Assembly (NCBI GenBank): GCA_905250035.1
Contig: CAJNOE010000390.1
Coordinates: 83,016 to 91,846 of the forward strand
Length of the DNA stretch: 8,831 nt
DNA from: Adineta steineri
Lineage: Eukaryota
Direction: 5' to 3'
Shown here: in pieces, positions 5,747 through 8,831 of the stretch
Position numbering within the stretch: the stretch's first letter is position 1
How the letters are laid out: the number at the start of each line of letters is the position of its first letter
The notes under the pieces: generated by a model
What the model saw: the letters and a program-made list of their open reading frames with translations, nothing else
The model's database searches: none
Told to the model about the DNA's origin: nothing
Program-made: the position numbers and the translations under genes

Positions 5747-8700
5747 CTAAAAATAGTAAACAGTGTTGGAATTATTTTATGTAAAACTAATCAAAGTCGA
5801 AAACGATAAACAAATTACATACCCAGATGTTTTAGATGATTCTAATTTCCCTGAGCTCTCAATCATAGGTCCACCTTGACGTATAGTTTGCAGTGTCTGA
5901 GGTACAGTAGTCGAATGCCGACGAGTTTCTAATTCCATAGATTTTTCGAGTTCGACCATTCGTATAATGTTTACTCGCACTTTTTGTGTATCATCTGCTC
6001 TTGTCGCTTGAGAGGAAACAGTAGGAAACAATGCTACAGATTTATGTTTCGGCAGACTGGTAGTCGAAGAAATAGATTCAATATCACTCTGAAAATAAAG
6101 ACTATTTAGTATAATTATATCAAACTGGTTAAAATTACACAGATTTAAATAAAACCTCTAAAAGTTTCCATAAATCTTTTGAAATGTAAACCTATCCTGT
6201 ATACTGCTGGCAAAAATAAATAATTTATCTTCAAGCTATACACAGAATACGCATATATAAAAACTCTGTAGTGAATGACGACTATTGTGTATACTTGAGA
6301 TAGTTGAATATCTAGTGTTGGTAAAGAATATTTTTGAAGTATTCTGTTCATGCCATTGTTGAGTTTATTGAATCTACGAAAGAAAAATAATAAGTATCTG
6401 ATGTAATATAAGAAATTAATTTGACACATACTTTTTCTCTAAACTTTTAAAGTCAACATCCTCACTTTGCTTTTCCCCTTCATCGACAAATCCCCGTCGT
6501 ACCCAGTACATTTCGGCGATTTCTTTTTCATAATCCATCTGATATAAGACGTCCGGAAGAACTCGTTCAGATCGTTTTTCTAAGTGGAAAAGTCTTTGTC
6601 AAAAATCTATTATATATCTTTAATATTACCAGCAATCTGACTGACTCGAGATGATACACATCGACGTTTACAGCAGCAACGACGCCAGAGATATATTATG
6701 AATTTAATTGGATAGTAGCAGACGTTCAACGGAGCGGGCAATACTGGTCTTTCGCTGTATTCATAAATTAGTAAGAATCGTTGATGTCTCCAAATGAGAC
6801 GCGATCGCTCAAGTATACGTTGAATAGTCACACTACATAGTACAAAAAAGTATTATTCTAAAAATCTAGCATTTGATCTTTTGATACACTCACTTAAACA
6901 TCGCAATGAGAACATTCACAAGAAGTATACTTGATATGAATACGAAGGCAATTGCAAGTAAGTAAACAAATGTACCATAAACATCATTACCTAACAAAAA
7001 ATTAAAAGTTTGTCATTTACAAAGACAAACGATCAAAAAACAAATATATTCATACCGCTAACAGCACCGTTATATGGTTCGTCAGTTTGTCCGAATACTT
7101 TCAAAATACCCCAATTGGAAACATCTCGCAACAATTGCCACGTCCAGAGATCACTCCCCCTATTCACTACAGTAACATTGAATAACGAACCATCTTCGGC
7201 ATATGTCCAATTAACTTGATTGTTAGTTGTTAGAAGAGACCAGCATGTAACCGAAAATGCGAAGAGAAGAATAAGAATGAAAAATGCGAAGATCAGAACG
7301 GCATCTTTCATCTTTAATAAAAAGTTAGAAATCAGATGGGCACTATTCTTAAATATAATATATACTCACCATTTTATAAATCATGACTAATTTAGGACCC
7401 AAGATTTCATAAGCAGTAAAAAGATGAAGTAATCGAAAAGACCAAAGAATCAGATCGAGTGCCATGAATATCCTACACGAAAAATTGCAACAATGATAAA
7501 AAGTCTTGGTGTAAAGTTAACTAAAGTAAGTAAATCATCTGTTATCAAATAACAACTCTTTGAGATTATCTCAATACTTCGTAACAGTATCCGATGACAT
7601 CTTACTTTGATGTAATGAAGAGTGTTTCGATAACAAAAAAGCGAGTAATAAATCCAACCAAGTAAAAAGTAATGGCTGCTAGATCCTCCCAATTCCAGGT
7701 GCTAATAATATTAGTAGAACCGAATTGTGCACGTATTATCATCTGATAATATATCGAATTATGAAACACAAACCGATTGAAATTGAAAGACAACTAACCT
7801 GGTGAAATGTATCGATAATTGAACTCCAAATGCAAATGTGCAACACAATTTCGGAGATTGGAATTTTTAAGATTTGATAACCGGAGCGCGTTTCTCCGTA
7901 TACATTCAACGGGAAATAGTCAACGAGAAGAACATAACTGAAGAGAATCAGAAATGCAAAGAAGAACGTCTAAATACAAAATAAAATAACAAAGTCTAGC
8001 TATTTGGAAAAGAGTAAGAGTAGAAAAAAACGCACAGCATGGTAGTAGAAGCGCACCACTGGAGCTTCATAAAACCAGACAATTCTTAGCCATACATCAC
8101 GCAACCAGTGAATTGGCATTGTGCACCACTTCTTATAACCAGTGTTCCGGCGTCTATGACCTCGGGTACTCTCAAAATTCCAATCTTCTGTAGATCTACA
8201 AAAAATAGAGTGGAAATCGAGAATAGAGAAAGCCTTTCACTAACGTCCATGTATATGTGACTGGCTGACCAAATCGAATTGATTTTCTAGTTTCCTGTGT
8301 GACAATAGAATGAGAAGAAATTATTGGAAAATCGTGTTTGATTTATATTACTTGGACTTCGGCAGAAGATTTTTTGTAGAGAAAAGGAAAAATCACTGCT
8401 GATATTGGTATGAGAGGCAAACACAAGGATACAATACATATCTAAATAAAGATTATATTTAAAAAATGAATATTCTAACTATCTCATTCAAAAATTTAAC
8501 GAACCCACGTGTAAATAGGCAACTTAAGCAAGGATTGATGAGTGTCAAAATGATGATACCACTTTTGAACGACAAATGCTTGAACAGTATCACTGGCAAG
8601 AAAACCCCTGCAGTCGGTACGTCGCGCTACATCCAACGGCATGCAGTGAAACAATGCTGGAGCTTTGCATTCAAGTACGTTGATAGCAAGACTTTTGTCT

Positions 8701-8831
8701 TGGACGAAACATTCATCAATGAGATTTTTTGAATGTCCATCAAATTGTCTGTTTCAATTAAAAAATTCAATTCAATATACACACAGAATTATAGGTTAAT
8801 TCTGCAAGAATTCGTTCTACTTACTTTCCAA
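5707..8831 (-). CDS. Gene model 3 (span, 5'-partial): TRPM-family (melastatin-type TRP) cation channel, pre-S1 to C-terminus
   Basis: Minus-strand exons are 8825-8831 (partial), 8505-8748, 8352-8441, 8245-8294, 8036-8195, 7799-7969, 7606-7742, 7370-7472, 7056-7311, 6894-6990, 6630-6832, 6432-6579, 5823-6086 and 5707-5746. All junctions are GT..AG and phase-consistent, giving 654 complete codons. TRPM hallmarks are seen: S4/S4-S5 ALDLILWSFRLLHLFTAYEILGPKLVMIYKM-MKDAVLIF, pore KVFGQTDEP, S6 LLVNVLIAMF, and TRP domain IWRHQRFLLIYEYSERPVLPAPL. Confidence 0.85.
5823..6086 (-). CDS. TRPM-like exon, C-terminal region with a helical/coiled-coil-like stretch
   Basis: Acceptor ttttcagag|t, the second AG, needed for phase with the gtatgt donor. 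Frame of ORF 5777-6031. Encodes (N)DIESISSTTSLPKHKSVALFPTVSSQATRADDTQKVRVNIIRMVELEKSMELETRRHSTTVPQTLQTIRQGGPMIESSGKLESSKTS. Donor gg|gtatgt at 5822. Confidence 0.6.
6432..6579 (-). CDS. TRPM-like exon, post-TRP region
   Basis: Acceptor tttccacttag|a. Encodes (E)KRSERVLPDVLYQMDYEKEIAEMYWVRRGFVDEGEKQSEDVDFKSLEK. Donor aa|gtatgt at 6431. An alternative weak donor gtgtca would put the exon end at 6428. Confidence 0.65.
6630..6832 (-). CDS. TRPM-like exon, TRP domain
   Basis: Acceptor tactatgtag|t, in the frame of ORF 6610-6831. Encodes (N)VTIQRILERSRLIWRHQRFLLIYEYSERPVLPAPLNVCYYPIKFIIYLWRRCCCKRRCVSSRVSQIA. Donor g|gtaata. Confidence 0.8.
6894..6990 (-). CDS. TRPM-like exon, S6
   Basis: Acceptor ttttttgttag|g. 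Encodes (G)NDVYGTFVYLLAIAFVFISSILLVNVLIAMF plus split codon aa|. Donor gtgagt. Confidence 0.8.
7056..7311 (-). CDS. TRPM-like exon, S5, pore helix and selectivity-filter region
   Basis: Acceptor ttttattaaag|a, in the frame of ORF 7033-7311. Encodes MKDAVLIFAFFILILLFAFSVTCWSLL...WQLLRDVSNWGILKVFGQTDEPYNGAVS. Donor g|gtatga at 7055. Confidence 0.8.
7370..7472 (-). CDS. TRPM-like exon, S4 and S4-S5 linker
   Basis: Acceptor tttttcgtgtag|g. Encodes (K)IFMALDLILWSFRLLHLFTAYEILGPKLVMIYKM. Donor atg|gtgagt. Together with the previous exon it aligns without gaps to the TRPM2-type S3-S4 layout, from memory. Confidence 0.75.
7606..7742 (-). CDS. TRPM-like exon, S3
   Basis: Acceptor atattatcag|a. Encodes MIIRAQFGSTNIISTWNWEDLAAITFYLVGFITRFFVIETLFITS plus split codon aa|. 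Donor gtaaga at 7605. Confidence 0.75.
7799..7969 (-). CDS. TRPM-like exon, S1 and S2
   Basis: Acceptor tgtatttag|a. Encodes TFFFAFLILFSYVLLVDYFPLNVYGETRSGYQILKIPISEIVLHICIWSSIIDTFHQ. Donor cag|gttagt. Confidence 0.75.
8036..8195 (-). CDS. TRPM-like exon, pre-S1 helix
   Basis: Acceptor ttttttgtag|a. Encodes (T)STEDWNFESTRGHRRRNTGYKKWCTMPIHWLRDVWLRIVWFYEAPVVRFYYHA, which carries the FYxAP motif typical before TRPM S1. Donor gct|gtgcgt. Confidence 0.7.
8245..8294 (-). CDS. TRPM-like exon (50 nt)
   Basis: Acceptor tgtcacacag|g. Encodes ETRKSIRFGQPVTYTW plus split codon ac|. Donor gttagt. Confidence 0.6.
8352..8441 (-). CDS. TRPM-like exon (90 nt), hydrophobic pre-S1 segment
   Basis: Acceptor tctttatttag|a. 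Encodes ICIVSLCLPLIPISAVIFPFLYKKSSAEVQ. Donor caa|gtaata. Confidence 0.7.
8505..8748 (-). CDS. TRPM-like exon, pre-S1 region
   Basis: Acceptor ttgaaacag|a, with an in-frame stop just upstream that forces an acceptor here. Encodes QFDGHSKNLIDECFVQDKSLAINVLECKAPALFHCMPLDVARRTDCRGFLASDTVQAFVVQKWYHHFDTHQSLLKLPIYTW. Donor tgg|gttcgt is weak but is the only in-phase option. Confidence 0.7.
8825..8831 (-). CDS. TRPM-like exon fragment at window edge
   Basis: On the minus strand, ttggaaa|gtaagt is a strong donor immediately inside the window. Phase is compatible with the next exon. Confidence 0.4.

Noticed and set aside
6145-6429. 94-aa minus-strand ORF (MCQINFLYYIRYLLFFF...).
   Set aside because: It lies wholly inside the 345-nt TRPM intron. 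It has AT-driven low-complexity composition and is out of phase with the flanking exons.
7450-7692. ORF 7450-7692 as the S4-encoding exon of the channel.
   Set aside because: Its frame hits a stop (tga) just where the true S4 frame (FMALDLILWSFRLLHLF) begins. The splice model 7606|7472 restores a gap-free TRPM S3-S4.
8466-8732. Plus-strand ORFs 8466-8732 and 7010-7219 as separate genes.
   Set aside because: Both are antisense to well-supported TRPM exons (pre-S1 and S5-pore). They have no motif content or splice context.
1-8831. Reading the window as a prokaryotic accessory region or novel defence system, with the ORF track as independent genes.
   Set aside because: ORF fragments join precisely through GT..AG junctions with polypyrimidine acceptors into long metazoan-type proteins (a TRPM channel and a mucin with signal peptide and TM helix). 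Several listed starts are TTG or GTG inside exons or read-through. There are no operon-like arrays, transposase or integrase genes, CRISPR repeats or tRNA genes.

Overview
This window reads as AT-rich eukaryotic (small-intron invertebrate-type) nuclear DNA, not a prokaryotic locus. The supplied ORFs are fragments of spliced genes, and several 'starts' at 358, 1341 and 4441 are TTG codons, not real starts. Joining ORF fragments through GT..AG junctions with consistent reading phase gives three genes. (1) 367-3832 (+) is a 12-exon, 849-codon type I membrane glycoprotein. It has a signal peptide, a Cys-patterned and N-glycosylation-rich ectodomain I cannot assign to a named family, and a Thr/Ser mucin stalk spread over phase-matched cassette exons (including 18-, 21- and 24-nt microexons). 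One transmembrane helix and a Ser-rich basic tail follow. (2) 4516-4944 (+) is an intronless 142-aa protein with an NTF2/SnoaL-like pattern. (3) 5707-8831 (-) is the C-terminal ~654 codons of a TRPM-family cation channel in 14 exons, covering pre-S1, S1-S6, an FGQ pore, the TRP domain and a short tail; its 5' part lies beyond the right edge. Other features are a 122-bp near-perfect foldback palindrome just upstream of gene 1 and a 51-bp in-frame tandem repeat in the mucin exon. I see no rRNA, tRNA, CRISPR array, transposase or prokaryotic defence or operon structure. The best leads are the modular microexon stalk with its unassigned ectodomain, the intronless NTF2-like gene as a possible horizontal acquisition, and the short-tailed TRPM variant. 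All splice models come from sequence only and need transcript data.
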